Shown here: positions 1 through 10,810 of the stretch, in pieces
How the letters are laid out: every line of letters starts with the position of its first letter
How positions within the stretch are numbered: the stretch's first letter is position 1
DNA from: Candidatus Thorarchaeota archaeon
GTDB taxonomy: Archaea; Asgardarchaeota; Thorarchaeia; Thorarchaeales; Thorarchaeaceae
NCBI GenBank assembly: GCA_048884785.1
Contig: JBHLQM010000001.1
Location: forward strand, 93,743 to 157,742
Length of the DNA: 64,000 nt
Direction: 5' to 3'
Position numbers and translations under genes: made by a program
Notes under the pieces: model-generated
Database searches by the model: none
What the model was told of the DNA's origin: nothing
Seen by the model: only the letters and a program-made list of their open reading frames with translations

Positions 1-1310
1 ACATCGGGATCCTCAGTTATATGCCCGCTTTCAAAGTGGACATTTCCGGCTGATACAACAATCTTACCACGGTCTCCTGGAAATGCTCGTGGAGAGATAC
101 CATCATCTGTTAATTTGTATCTCAGGTAGTCGCCATCACTTTTTCCAGCGATGGACCCACGGTCAATTTCAACTTGAGTGACATTAATACGTGGAGTGCT
201 CCAAGTTGAATCAGCTAGATGTTGGTCGCCCAGAATCATGACCGGCACTTGGAATTTGTCAGCTAAATCAAATGCCCTAATTGCTACCTCAAATGCCTCA
301 AGGGGGTCCTTTGGAGCGAGCATAATTCTCGGGAATTCGCCCTGACTGGCAAACGCCATGAATAACAAATCAGATTGCTCAGTACGGGTTGGCAAACCTG
401 TACTTGGTCCAGCCCTTTGAGCGTTGTAAATAACAATAGGTGTTTCTACCATCGCTGCAAAGCCCAGTGCCTCTACCATAAGCGAAAAGCCTCCTCCAGA
501 AGTTGTGACCATGGAGCGCGCTCCAGCATAAGACGCCCCAATAGCCATATTCAGAGAGGCTATCTCGTCCTCTGTCTGTATTGCTCCAATTTTAAGATCT
601 TGAGAGTAGCTAATGACATCTTGGAAAAGTGATGTTGAGGGACTCATGGGATAGGATGAAATCCATTTCAGATTCGCAGCCATGGAGCCAAAAGCAAGTG
701 CCCGGTTGCCGGTCATCAACATAACATGTGTTCCGGGACCTTTCTCAATACTGCTTAGATTCTGACTGCACGGACCTCCGAATTCTTGGTTGGTCTGGTC
801 ATACATCGCACGTGCTACTGCGATATTCCCAGACACTATTTTTTCGCCTTTTGTCCTGAATATTGAAGCGAGCGTTTCTTCAGCTAGTTTGATCGGGAAG
901 TTCAGAACAGCCAGCACGGCTCCTAAAGCCGCCGCATTAGTCATCCGAACATTCCCTCCAATCTCTTTTGCAGCTTTTTGAAGTGGTGCCTTGTAATGGC
1001 ATTCTTCGAGATCAGTAAACTCGATCGTGTCGTCGAATATGATGACTCCGTGGTCTGCAAGTCGATTTCTCTGATTCACAATTGCATCATATGAAAGTGC
1101 CACAATAACGTCAATATCATCCACAGGAGCGTGAATCGGAGCATCGGAAACACGAATCTGAGTGAAATTATAGCCACCTCGAATCCTAGACTCAGCATCA
1201 TTGATGGTAAAGGTATAGAATCCAGCCTTAACAAATACTTGAGCCAGTAGGTCACCGATGGTATTGATGCCTTGTCCCGCTTCGCCGCCGATATTTAAAG
1301 TAACATCCAT
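1..1310 (-). CDS. korA: 2-oxoacid:acceptor oxidoreductase alpha subunit (fused gamma-alpha, KorA type), 3' end beyond window
   Basis: Not in the ORF track. Manual translation from ATG 1310 gives MDVTLNIGGEAGQGINT..ESRIRGGYN..SYPMSPST..QTEDEIAS..TSGGGF..GPSTGLPT; GGAG lies upstream. Confidence 0.9.
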   Translation of the reverse strand, partial: MDVTLNIGGEAGQGINTIGDLLAQVFVKAGFYTFTINDAESRIRGGYNFTQIRVSDAPIHAPVDDIDVIVALSYDAIVNQRNRLADHGVIIFDDTIEFTDLEECHYKAPLQKAAKEIGGNVRMTNAAALGAVLAVLNFPIKLAEETLASIFRTKGEKIVSGNIAVARAMYDQTNQEFGGPCSQNLSSIEKGPGTHVMLMTGNRALAFGSMAANLKWISSYPMSPSTSLFQDVISYSQDLKIGAIQTEDEIASLNMAIGASYAGARSMVTTSGGGFSLMVEALGFAAMVETPIVIYNAQRAGPSTGLPTRTEQSDLLFMAFASQGEFPRIMLAPKDPLEAFEVAIRAFDLADKFQVPVMILGDQHLADSTWSTPRINVTQVEIDRGSIAGKSDGDYLRYKLTDDGISPRAFPGDRGKIVVSAGNVHFESGHITEDPD

Positions 1311-1524
1311 GATTTCGATTCTCCATCAAAGCACTTCACTAAGTAGTAACTGCTTGATTGCCTTCGCACATATTTGCCTTCCTAAATGGGTCGCAAAAAG
1401 CAACCTGGGACTCCCCAATTCGAGGTCAATCATCAAACGATTGTGTAAAGATCCCAATATAGGTTAGATATCCATCTATGTTACCGATTATATTATATTT
1501 CTTCTATCTGTGTGCTTTGCTACA

Positions 1525-2013
1525 ATGGAAGCCCCGAATGACCATGGAGCTAAGCGGATTGATGCATATCTCTCGCTTCTGACCACAATCAACATTGGCA
1601 TCGAAGACCTGCTGGGACCTGCATCCAAGGGACTCATCTTCAATATGGGCGTGGATGAGGGTAGAAGACTGGCAAAGGAATTGCCCCCTACAAATGCCCT
1701 TCTTCCAGCTATTGAAATCCTGAATCATGCCTATGAGGGAGTCTGGAAGATCGAACCCCGAAAGAACGGTAATGATGATTCCTATTTCTATGAAGATGAT
1801 CTGGGCAATGCGTCATTCAATGTCATGGTTCGCGACTGTCCGGTGAGAATAGCAGTCACAGAAAAGAACCTTGCACAGTGTGGGCCGATATGTTACCTGA
1901 CTAATGGATACCTCTGTGGCATGCTGGAAGAGCTCATGGGAGAAAAGGTCGGAATTGAGATTCTCCATGCGGGACCTCTTGCTTGCAAGAAGAGGATATA
2001 CTTCCGCAAGTAA
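1525..2013 (+). CDS. Stand-alone V4R-like ligand-binding domain protein
   Basis: DCP..CGPIC...GYLCGMLE...C pattern typical of V4R; ATG 1525 chosen as start. Confidence 0.7.
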   Translation: MEAPNDHGAKRIDAYLSLLTTINIGIEDLLGPASKGLIFNMGVDEGRRLAKELPPTNALLPAIEILNHAYEGVWKIEPRKNGNDDSYFYEDDLGNASFNVMVRDCPVRIAVTEKNLAQCGPICYLTNGYLCGMLEELMGEKVGIEILHAGPLACKKRIYFRK

Positions 2014-2163
2014 CTGTTGTTCAAAGAAAATATTTTTATACGAAGTACAGGTGCAGTTTTATCAGATTTGCATGCGAAGTGCATGTAACAGTTTTCACAA
2101 TTAGAAAAAATCACTCCATTCTGAGAATGAGTGATGTGCACAATAAACAAAGAGGGAAACGAC

Positions 2164-3825
2164 ATGTCACAATTGTCAGGTACGCCCGTCCTAATCCTTA
2201 AGGAGGGCACAAGTAGAACTCGCGGAAAATCCGCGCAGGCGAACAACATTATGGCAGGTATCGTTATTTCTGATGCAGTCAAGTCAACCCTTGGTCCACG
2301 CGGCATGGATAAGATGCTTGTGGACTCACTAGGTGATGTGACTATCACAAACGACGGTGCCAGCATTCTGAAAGAGATTGATGTGCAACACCCCGCAGCA
2401 AAGATGCTTGTTGAGGTTGCAAAGAGCCAAGACCAAGAAACCGGTGATGGAACAACAACTTCAGTTGTTATTGCGGGAGAGCTTCTCAAGCGAGCCCAAG
2501 ATCTTCTTGACAAGAAGATTCACCCAACCATCATTGTTGGCGGCTATCAGAAAGCTTCAGACGAGGCGACCAAGATTCTGAACAAGATTGGAGTCACCAT
2601 GGAAGGCATGGATAAGAAAGTCCTCTCAAAGATAGCCCAGACCTCCATGAACAGCAAGTCTGTCATGGGCTCAAAAGAACGCTTCGCCGATATAGCAGTT
2701 GATGCTATTTTACAAATCACTGAAGATGTCAACGGCAAGAAAAAGGCAGACATCGAGATGGTTGAGATCATAAAGAAGCAGGGCAAGAGCCTTGACGAAA
2801 CAGAACTTGTCAGGGGTATAGTAATTGACAAAGAGATTGTTCACGCAGCTATGCCAAGGAAGATTACTGGAGTAAAGCTCGTTCTTGTGAATGCTGCCAT
2901 TGAGATAGAGAAGACAGAGTTCGATGCTGAGATCAAGATTGACAGCCCTGATCAAATCAAAGCATTCCTAGATCAAGAGGAGCAAATGCTCATGAACATG
3001 GTTGGCAAAATCACAGCCTCTGGCGCAAACGTGATGGTCTGTCAGAAGGGCATTGACGATGTTGCACAGCATTACCTTGCCAAGGCAGGCATTGTTGCAA
3101 TTCGAAGGGCGAAGAAGAGCACTCTAGAAAAGCTTGCAAAGGCCACTGGAGCAAAGATTGCAACCAGTCTTGCTGAGATTGATGCCAGCTACATTGGCCA
3201 TGCTGGAGTACTCGAAGAAGTCAGGATTGGTGACGACAAACTTGTCTATGTAAGAGACTGCAAGGATCCTAAGGCTGTTTCTGTCGTTATTCGAGGCGGA
3301 ACTGAACATGTTGTGGATGAAGCAGATAGAGCACTTCACGATGCACTCAGTGTTGTAAGAAACGTTGTTGAAGACGGCACCTATGTTGCGGGAGGCGGTT
3401 CAACTGAAGCAGAAATTGCCAAACGCCTTGAGGAATACGCAAAGAAGGTTGGCGGCCGCGAGCAGCTCGCAATAGAAGCATTTGCCGAGGCTTTGAGGGT
3501 TGTACCCAGGACCCTTACGGAGAACGGTGGACATGATCCAATTGACCTGATTGCCGACCTAAACAAGGAGCACTCTGGTCCAGAGGGCCTATGGTACGGC
3601 GTAGATGTCATGAAGGGCAAGACTGCCGACATGATGAAGGCTGGCGTAATTGAGCCTGTCCGTGTTAAACTTCAGGCTATACGATCGGCATCCGAAGCAG
3701 CACAGATGATTCTTAGAATCGACGATGTTATTGCTGCAAAGGCAAGTGCCGCTCCCGATATGGGTGGAGCACCAGGCGGAATGGGTGGCATGGGCGGCAT
3801 GGGCGGCATGCCCGGAATGATGTAA
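2164..3825 (+). CDS. ths: Thermosome (group II chaperonin) subunit
   Basis: [21 protein letters not shown] and a C-terminal GGM repeat tail. Confidence 0.97.
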   Translation: MSQLSGTPVLILKEGTSRTRGKSAQANNIMAGIVISDAVKSTLGPRGMDKMLVDSLGDVTITNDGASILKEIDVQHPAAKMLVEVAKSQDQETGDGTTTSVVIAGELLKRAQDLLDKKIHPTIIVGGYQKASDEATKILNKIGVTMEGMDKKVLSKIAQTSMNSKSVMGSKERFADIAVDAILQITEDVNGKKKADIEMVEIIKKQGKSLDETELVRGIVIDKEIVHAAMPRKITGVKLVLVNAAIEIEKTEFDAEIKIDSPDQIKAFLDQEEQMLMNMVGKITASGANVMVCQKGIDDVAQHYLAKAGIVAIRRAKKSTLEKLAKATGAKIATSLAEIDASYIGHAGVLEEVRIGDDKLVYVRDCKDPKAVSVVIRGGTEHVVDEADRALHDALSVVRNVVEDGTYVAGGGSTEAEIAKRLEEYAKKVGGREQLAIEAFAEALRVVPRTLTENGGHDPIDLIADLNKEHSGPEGLWYGVDVMKGKTADMMKAGVIEPVRVKLQAIRSASEAAQMILRIDDVIAAKASAAPDMGGAPGGMGGMGGMGGMPGMM

Positions 3826-3839
3826 TAATCTTGAGTGAT

Positions 3840-3872
3840 ATGGAGCCTATAGGCTCCATCCTTTACTTTTTT
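3840..3872 (+). terminator. Hairpin plus T-tract after the thermosome gene
   Basis: Perfect 20-bp palindrome ATGGAGCCTATAGGCTCCAT (3840-3859) followed by CCTTTACTTTTTT. Confidence 0.7.
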
Positions 3873-3884
3873 CAGGTGTGATCG

Positions 3885-4754
3885 TTGACTAAGAGGATAT
3901 TGGTTCTGGGGATGAATTCTTTCGACTCAGGTAAGACCGTATTATCCAGACTTCTTGCAGAGAGCCTTCTTCAATTCGGACATAATGTCGAGTACTTTAA
4001 ACCGCTGAGCGGACACAACTATTGGTACCGTTATGATCATACTCGGGAATGCATCGACAACTCTGCCCTTGTTTCACGGGATGCAATTCAGGTCAGAGGC
4101 GTTCTGAAGAGCTCTGTTGCAATAGAGATAGCTAATCCAATTCATAGTCTACTTGTGCCGATGATACTCAGTCAGCCCAAGGATATCATAAGGGCTGGGA
4201 TTTCCCTCGGGGGATGGGACTCCGTTTTGGCAATGCAACGTTTTACGAGACTACAAGAAAAGAAACCAATCTCAATAACATTTGTAGCTCAGAATCTTAT
4301 CGAATCAGGAGCACTTTTACTCAATAAAGTAGAGATGTCAGCTCTTGCAGCAAAAACTGAAATGGTGCCATTTGAGAGTTTTGAGGAGATTGAATCGTAT
4401 TCCAATACAATGCTCGAGCCCATTCTGACCGATTCGCTTCACATCATCGAGAGAGAAGCTGACGTCGTTATAATTGAAGGATTCAATGATTCAGTATGGC
4501 CTTGGGAAGGACTCGAGAGCGTAGATTATCTGTTTGTAACTGGACCGGGTCATGTCTTTGCATATGACCCCGAGAGATTCAGAAAGGCATCATTCTTGGT
4601 CAAGTATAATAGTCAGCCAATTCGAGAGGTTCCATTCTCAAGAGTGAATGATATGATTAATCCAATCCGAGGTGTACATCTTCGTCCGCAAGATGCATTA
4701 ACAACTACACAACTTGGGCAACTTGGTTTGGACAGAAAAGAAAGATTAGGTTAG
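3885..4754 (+). CDS. Predicted archaeal P-loop ATPase (BioD/MinD-like, COG4028-like)
   Basis: DSGKT Walker A, FKPLSGHN, IIEGFND; TTG start with an AGGTG SD. Confidence 0.7.
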   Translation: MTKRILVLGMNSFDSGKTVLSRLLAESLLQFGHNVEYFKPLSGHNYWYRYDHTRECIDNSALVSRDAIQVRGVLKSSVAIEIANPIHSLLVPMILSQPKDIIRAGISLGGWDSVLAMQRFTRLQEKKPISITFVAQNLIESGALLLNKVEMSALAAKTEMVPFESFEEIESYSNTMLEPILTDSLHIIEREADVVIIEGFNDSVWPWEGLESVDYLFVTGPGHVFAYDPERFRKASFLVKYNSQPIREVPFSRVNDMINPIRGVHLRPQDALTTTQLGQLGLDRKERLG

Positions 4755-4799
4755 CAAAAAGAATATTCGTTGTTGCGAGTGAAAAACATAGGTGGTTGA

Positions 4800-5756
4800 A
4801 TGACAGAAGAAGACCTAGACTGGGAGGTAATCATAGTAGGTGGAGGACCTGCAGGTATGACTGCAGCGATTTATGCAGCAAGGTATGGATTGAAAACCTT
4901 GCTTTTGGAATCAAAGGTATTAGGAGGTGCGCAGGCAACCAGCCCGGGTATAGAGAACTATCCTGGATTCACGTTCATAACAGGACTTGAGCTTGCCACC
5001 AAAATGAAAGAACAGGTCAAAGCGACCGGTGCAAAAATCCGAGAGATTACAGAAGTTAAGAAAATAACCCAAGAAAACCGAGAATTTATTCTTGAAACCA
5101 GGCGAGGCAATTATAGATCCAAAGCGGTGATCTATGCGGCGGGAGGAGGACACCGCCATCTTGATGTTCCAGGAGAAGATGAGTTCACAGGCAGAGGAGT
5201 TTCATTTTGTGCAACATGTGATGGGCCGCTGTTCCGTGAAAAGAAAGTAGTCGTAATCGGTGGAGGGAACACTGCAGCGGTTGAGTCTGTTTACCTGTCG
5301 GAGCTTACTAGTAGCACAACACTGATTCATAGACGAGACGAGCTAAGAGCTGAGAAAGCAATGCAGGATATGGTATTCAATTCTAGTGTTGATATAAAAT
5401 GGAGCCACATCGTTAAGGAGTTCAAGGGCGATGATCTTCTCCGTGAGGTCATTTTGCAAGACCTAAAAACTGGTGAGCTTGTTTCAATTCGTGTTGACGG
5501 AGCTTTTGTTGCTTTGGGGTCAAAACCTGAGAGCATGCTTGCCATTGAGTTGGGTGTAGAAACCAATGAAAATGGGGAGATACTTGTGAATGCGAATCAG
5601 ACCACAAACATTCCGGGGTTCTTTGCCGCTGGAGATGTTGTTGATTCTATGAAGCAAATTGCAGTTGCCGTGGGTCAAGGCGCAATTGCTGCAGATTCTG
5701 CATATCTCTATATTCGTGAAATTCAAAGAACAGACCCAAGAGGATATGGCGGATAG
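4800..5756 (+). CDS. trxB: Thioredoxin-disulfide reductase
   Basis: GGGPAG FAD motif, CATCDG, GGGNTA, FAAGD. Confidence 0.95.
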   Translation: MTEEDLDWEVIIVGGGPAGMTAAIYAARYGLKTLLLESKVLGGAQATSPGIENYPGFTFITGLELATKMKEQVKATGAKIREITEVKKITQENREFILETRRGNYRSKAVIYAAGGGHRHLDVPGEDEFTGRGVSFCATCDGPLFREKKVVVIGGGNTAAVESVYLSELTSSTTLIHRRDELRAEKAMQDMVFNSSVDIKWSHIVKEFKGDDLLREVILQDLKTGELVSIRVDGAFVALGSKPESMLAIELGVETNENGEILVNANQTTNIPGFFAAGDVVDSMKQIAVAVGQGAIAADSAYLYIREIQRTDPRGYGG

Positions 5757-5866
5757 TTTACAGTACATTTCTCATCCTTGGGGAAACGTTAATAACACAG
5801 CCGAAATGGTTGCTCCTCGCGCAGAGAGCAAGCTCTAGCGACATTATCATTGGCTGGGAAATCTAT

Positions 5867-7054
5867 ATGAAGAAGGTCCAAATGGCGTGTGTAATAGTTA
5901 TTCTTGCACTTGTAACTTTAACATTTATCACAGAAACAGCAGTGGCGAATCCATATTCGCGATGGGATTCACTCTATGCGTATATGGGAGAGAACTATGA
6001 CTCAGCCGTTGAGGGAGGGTACTCAGTTCCGGATTCTGAAGCTTCACGTCTCTATCCTACGTATGGCGGGGCTACTGCCTTGAATGAAAGAGGGATGATG
6101 GCGTACAGGCCTCCAGTTGTTGATCTGGTCAAGATGAAGAACTTCACTCGAAAGCTCCAATGGAGAAGTGGTGGAGAAGAATATGACAGGTATGGAGGAT
6201 TTTCATTGTTCATCGCAGGATCTGTGAGCATGGAGAATTCATACTATGGAGTAAAACTCTGGCAACTGCTTGATGAACATAATGATGTTCCTGGAATGAC
6301 AGGAATAGAGATTCTTAATGCAACTGCAGCAATGATTTTCCTGAATAAAACGCAGAGCTCGAGCGGAGGTTTTGGGACCTTTGAAAACACTGCCCCTGAT
6401 ATTGTTTCCACATTCCAAGCGTTGTATATTATGGACTATATGACTCAAATCTCAGATGAGATAATGAGTGACTGGCTCTGGAATGAAACGGCTACAATTG
6501 AATGGATTCTGAGTTGCAGGGATGGCAGTGCCTTCAAGCTAAGTCCATCATCAGAAATCCGCAGTATATCTGCAACAGCAGCGGCACTGATGGCACTTGA
6601 TGTGTTGGGAGAACTTGATGCGAGAATTCCAGTAGCTGATCAGCAAGATATGAGGAATTGGATACTTGATCTTCAAGATACAGGATTCCAGGAATCGATT
6701 TTAACAAATGATACTAATCTCATTTCTACATACCATGCGTTTGAGGCATTGGAAATACTTGGCGGAATGCCAGCGGTAGATGGAGATGCCGCATCTCGAT
6801 TCATCCTTGATTGCCAAGCAGCTGATGGTTCATGGGGAATTGTCCCCGGCCTTGAAACCGGCACTCTATTCAATGCAGGACTTGCCCTTGAAGCCCTCAG
6901 AATGCTTGACCCAAGCGGCACATATAGCAACATGATTCTTGAGGAAGATCCGAACAATCCAGCTCCACCAATTTTTGATTGGAGACTGCTGCTTGTTGCG
7001 GTCATCTTCATTGTGGCCATTGCAGTTGCATTCCTAGCTCTTAGAATGGACTAA
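5867..7054 (+). CDS. Secreted, C-terminally anchored prenyltransferase/squalene-oxidase-repeat (alpha/alpha toroid) protein
   Basis: Signal peptide, QxxxGGF and CQAADGSWG repeats, STFQAL/STYHAF motifs, C-terminal TM helix. Confidence 0.75.
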   Translation: MKKVQMACVIVILALVTLTFITETAVANPYSRWDSLYAYMGENYDSAVEGGYSVPDSEASRLYPTYGGATALNERGMMAYRPPVVDLVKMKNFTRKLQWRSGGEEYDRYGGFSLFIAGSVSMENSYYGVKLWQLLDEHNDVPGMTGIEILNATAAMIFLNKTQSSSGGFGTFENTAPDIVSTFQALYIMDYMTQISDEIMSDWLWNETATIEWILSCRDGSAFKLSPSSEIRSISATAAALMALDVLGELDARIPVADQQDMRNWILDLQDTGFQESILTNDTNLISTYHAFEALEILGGMPAVDGDAASRFILDCQAADGSWGIVPGLETGTLFNAGLALEALRMLDPSGTYSNMILEEDPNNPAPPIFDWRLLLVAVIFIVAIAVAFLALRMD

Positions 7055-7069
7055 TGGAATGGATAGGTT

Positions 7070-7091
7070 TATCTCGCCCGCTGGCGAGATA
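7070..7091. terminator. Intergenic hairpin, possible terminator
   Basis: TATCTCGCC-cgct-GGCGAGATA, 9-bp stem. Confidence 0.4.
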
Positions 7092-7132
7092 TCCCTTAAA
7101 CCTGACAACAGGTCAGAATCTTGGTGTAATTA

Positions 7133-8710
7133 ATGTCGGCATTTTTCGAAGATACGGATGAAGAGAGCATTCCAAGATATCAGCGAGGCTTTGAATGGTT
7201 CTCACATCTTGTAAATACAGAAATGTCGAATCGACCATGGAGAAGACTTGGTATCTTCTCATTTTACGACGCACCATTTGCGGCTAGTGATCGTATTTAC
7301 CTCTCACCAAAGCAAGTGATGACTGTAATGGCAAAGCAAGCCAAAAAGAAAGAGGCCGGGCTGGTTTTTGTCGCAGATGCACTTGAACGCGCAGAGATGG
7401 GACTAAGCACAAAGCAAGGCTTCGACCAGTTCATGCATTTATTCGATGGTTTGTTTCCAGATGCTGTGAAATACTACTTTGGCCCCAGGGATTCTGAAAG
7501 GACGTATCTCCATGGATATACTCCTCTTAAAGTGCCTCTAGCATGGCTGATTAAGAGACCCAACAGGTTTGCCGAAGTTTTGTCAGATGCATCACCCATT
7601 GCTGAAGAGATAGGACCAGGAGACGCATCATTTGAAGATATTGAAGGAATGCATGAAGTACTCGTTGAAAAACTTGGACCTCCTTCTCTGACGGAAGAAG
7701 TGCTTGGCAAAATCAAAAAAACTGAAGCAAGCGAATATGCTGGAGAAGCAGTGGGCATGATGACGGTCTTCATCAGCCCAACGACAGCTGTTTCTCGCGG
7801 AGTCAAGTACCTTGGTAAATTTGTTGGCCTAGTAAAAGATAGACGAAAAACAGAGGTAAAAGAAGTTTATAGAGAATGGGAAGAGAGAGTTACTGAGGGA
7901 TATTCCTTGGAGAACCTCAGCAAGTTCTTCGATCAGAATCCGGACTATGACTCAGGATTGGCCAATGCAGTTGCATCCTATAAGACTGTGTTATTGATTA
8001 CTGAAACCAGAGGAACCCTTTACGACCTATTTCTACCACTTGTGCTACAACATCTTGTGGAAGAGATAGGGTATATTGAACCCAAGTACAGAAAGAAGAG
8101 AAAGCCCACAATTGATGAGGAAAAAGAAGATTCAGAAACATCAGAGAACAATCTTGTCTATGAAGACCTATCTGATGACGGCTTGCCTCCTGTAACCGAC
8201 CAATTGATCCAGTCTTTCATTGAGCAGCATGAAGAAGAGTTAATCAGCTCAATCGACATATCAGAAGACGAATATGAAGGCAAACCTGAAACAATTCTAT
8301 TTCTTGATGCAGCAACGCATCTATCAAAATTTAACAAGTCATTCAAGTTTGCGCTCGGGATACCTGAAAAATACTCGAATGTTTCTGTAGCTGCCTCATT
8401 CTTCACAAATAAGGATCAAATCACTCAAACCCTTCAGGATGGCGTTTTAGAATATATGAGTGAAAGAGCACTTGTGTTTGATTTTCATCCAACTCTGTTT
8501 GACATTGCCACCGCAAAGATGCCCATATCAAAAAAGGCATGGCTTCAAGTTCGTCTGCAGGAGATGGAGCGACTTCGTTCTGAAGGGGGAGTTGCGTTTC
8601 TAGAGTACTATTCACCATTGAGGCAACAAGAGTGGTGTCTGAGAGAAGTGAAAAAACCAGATACGGGTGCAATCCGGCGTATTCGGAGCTGGTTTGGAAA
8701 GAGAGAATAG
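7133..8710 (+). CDS. Hypothetical protein (525 aa)
   Basis: Long ORF with a GGTG SD; no family recognised. Confidence 0.75.
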   Translation: MSAFFEDTDEESIPRYQRGFEWFSHLVNTEMSNRPWRRLGIFSFYDAPFAASDRIYLSPKQVMTVMAKQAKKKEAGLVFVADALERAEMGLSTKQGFDQFMHLFDGLFPDAVKYYFGPRDSERTYLHGYTPLKVPLAWLIKRPNRFAEVLSDASPIAEEIGPGDASFEDIEGMHEVLVEKLGPPSLTEEVLGKIKKTEASEYAGEAVGMMTVFISPTTAVSRGVKYLGKFVGLVKDRRKTEVKEVYREWEERVTEGYSLENLSKFFDQNPDYDSGLANAVASYKTVLLITETRGTLYDLFLPLVLQHLVEEIGYIEPKYRKKRKPTIDEEKEDSETSENNLVYEDLSDDGLPPVTDQLIQSFIEQHEEELISSIDISEDEYEGKPETILFLDAATHLSKFNKSFKFALGIPEKYSNVSVAASFFTNKDQITQTLQDGVLEYMSERALVFDFHPTLFDIATAKMPISKKAWLQVRLQEMERLRSEGGVAFLEYYSPLRQQEWCLREVKKPDTGAIRRIRSWFGKRE

Positions 8711-8780
8711 AAAACTGCTCTGAGAAACCTCCTTCGAATTCATTGCGCAACAGATATATCCCAAATCGGATGCTAGAGAA

Positions 8781-9218
8781 ATGACATCCGGAGGAATACG
8801 ATTGAGCAAAAAAGAGATGACATTGGCAAGAGTTTTAAAAATTAAGAGAGGCAACACAATCCAGCTGCCAGGAGTTTTCGTAGATGGTATACCAGAGCCC
8901 TATGGGCTGGCTATTATGGTTGTCAAAGATAAGAATGTAAAAATCTATCCAGTTTCATCAAGTACTGTTTACTACTTACGATTGGGGATCGAGAAACTGA
9001 GCAAGAGCTTTCTTGAAGAACTAACCTCGATATTTGAAACTGCGGGACTTGAGGACATCCTCTTTACAAGCGGTATTTGTCAAGCTGCCAACCAATGCTT
9101 CTATGAGTGCTATTTCACCCCCGATCAACTCAAGATTTCAGTAAATGACCTAAATGCTCAATTGAACGGAATCACAGGTGTTCAAGAGGTAAAGCTTATC
9201 GAAGTTGCCGTTGAGTAG
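8781..9218 (+). CDS. Hypothetical protein, possible AbrB-like N-terminus plus ACT-like domain
   Basis: KIKRGNTIQLP resembles an AbrB hairpin; C-terminal L..I.GV.EV resembles ACT. Confidence 0.5.
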   Translation: MTSGGIRLSKKEMTLARVLKIKRGNTIQLPGVFVDGIPEPYGLAIMVVKDKNVKIYPVSSSTVYYLRLGIEKLSKSFLEELTSIFETAGLEDILFTSGICQAANQCFYECYFTPDQLKISVNDLNAQLNGITGVQEVKLIEVAVE

Positions 9219-9283
9219 CAAATTCATATATTCATTGGAACCACTCCGGAAACCATTTGTGCAACCTAGATTGACATAGCACG

Positions 9284-10810
9284 ATGATGGTCGGGATAGT
9301 CTGTCATATAGGCAAGAAGGGACAAAGTAATTTTGATCTAGAATCAGCCATGAAACTGATTGCTCATAGAGGAAGGCAATCAAATATTTATCAGTTAGAG
9401 TTAGCAGCTGGAGCAAAAGCCCGTCTTAGTCAGGTCGAGTTGACTATTAATCTTGGTATTGTTGGCGAAGAAACCGATGATGCCATATTCCGTGATAGGC
9501 AGACCATTTTGGCTATGGATTCGATTGGAGCTTGTTCCAGAAGTAGTATTCTCAACTTGGTTAGATCAATGCATCAAGGTACATTATTGGAGCCAAATGA
9601 CTTGACTTCTTCAATTCAAGGCATCGTACTAGTAAAGATAGATAATACAGGCGTATCAATATGGAGGTCTAGGGATGGACAGAAGGCTATCTATATTGGT
9701 AAACTAGGTCAGGAATTCATAATTTCAACTGAGAAGAAATGCCTATGGACTCAAAATGTGAAAGAAGTAGGATTTGTAGAACCCAATTCTCTCCTACAAG
9801 TCAGCGAAGATGGCATATCAACCAAAAAAGCACCAATTGCCTACAATGAAATGTGGAATGGAACACAAGAGGAGGCTCAGAGGAAACTTGCCGAATATCT
9901 GCAATCCGCGATAGAATCCACACCAGGATTGACAATTGGGATTCTATTTTCCGGAGGGGTAGACAGTTCACTTATTTCCCATATGCTCAAGGACTACAAA
10001 AAGAATATCACCCTTTTTTCTGCAGCTGCTTTGGGAGCTCGAGATGGATTACAGGCTAAAAAGGCCGCAGCTGTCTTAGGCTTGAAGCACCGGATGATTG
10101 AGTTATCAACAGAATTGGTATGGTCATTACTGCCGGAAGTCATCTTTTCATCAGAAACTTGGGATGCAATGAATGTGGAGATAGCTCTCCCGTTTTTTGT
10201 ATCATCTAGAGCGGCGAAAAGAGATAATGTGGACGTCCTTGTGTCTGGTCAAGGTCCTGATGAGCTATTTGCAGGATATTCTAAGCATGTAAAAATCTTT
10301 GAGAATGAGGGAAGTCAAGCTCTTTCACAAGAACTTAGACGAGAGATTTCTGTTACTCATGAAGCAAATATCTCGCGCGATGAACGAGTAGTTGCTTACA
10401 ATGGAATATCGGCATATTTCCCCTATTTTGAACCAAGATTTGTCAACCTTGCATTGTCTATTCCAGCTCAATGGAAGATTTCCATTGATACCAGACCTGA
10501 GAGGAAAGTGATCTTCAGAAAGCTTGCCACAGAACTTGGACTTCCAGAAGAATTGGCTTTTGCGCCCAAGAAAGCCACACAATTCAGCTCAGGCTCATCT
10601 AAGATACTGAATGCGGCAATATTAGAACATGCAAATATGAAGGAAAACCTGACACATCGAAATGTGAAGATGATAAAACAATCCATTCTATCGAGAATAG
10701 CCAAAACAATTGGCTATCCAGTAAAAGTAGAACCTTCAAATGATTTGGAATTCGATTTGGAGCCGACATATAGATTCATGGAATCTAAACGTTTTAGCCG
10801 CCAGCAATAA
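9284..10810 (+). CDS. Asparagine synthetase-like protein with a degenerate glutaminase domain
   Basis: AHRG, PP-loop LFSGGVDSS, SGQGPDELFAGY, KKATQF; the N-terminus is MMVGIV rather than MCGI. Confidence 0.8.
   Translation: MMVGIVCHIGKKGQSNFDLESAMKLIAHRGRQSNIYQLELAAGAKARLSQVELTINLGIVGEETDDAIFRDRQTILAMDSIGACSRSSILNLVRSMHQGTLLEPNDLTSSIQGIVLVKIDNTGVSIWRSRDGQKAIYIGKLGQEFIISTEKKCLWTQNVKEVGFVEPNSLLQVSEDGISTKKAPIAYNEMWNGTQEEAQRKLAEYLQSAIESTPGLTIGILFSGGVDSSLISHMLKDYKKNITLFSAAALGARDGLQAKKAAAVLGLKHRMIELSTELVWSLLPEVIFSSETWDAMNVEIALPFFVSSRAAKRDNVDVLVSGQGPDELFAGYSKHVKIFENEGSQALSQELRREISVTHEANISRDERVVAYNGISAYFPYFEPRFVNLALSIPAQWKISIDTRPERKVIFRKLATELGLPEELAFAPKKATQFSSGSSKILNAAILEHANMKENLTHRNVKMIKQSILSRIAKTIGYPVKVEPSNDLEFDLEPTYRFMESKRFSRQQ

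Noticed and set aside
3760-3822. GGCGGCATG-type tandem repeats
   Set aside because: They encode the ordinary chaperonin GGM tail, not a CRISPR or mobile repeat.
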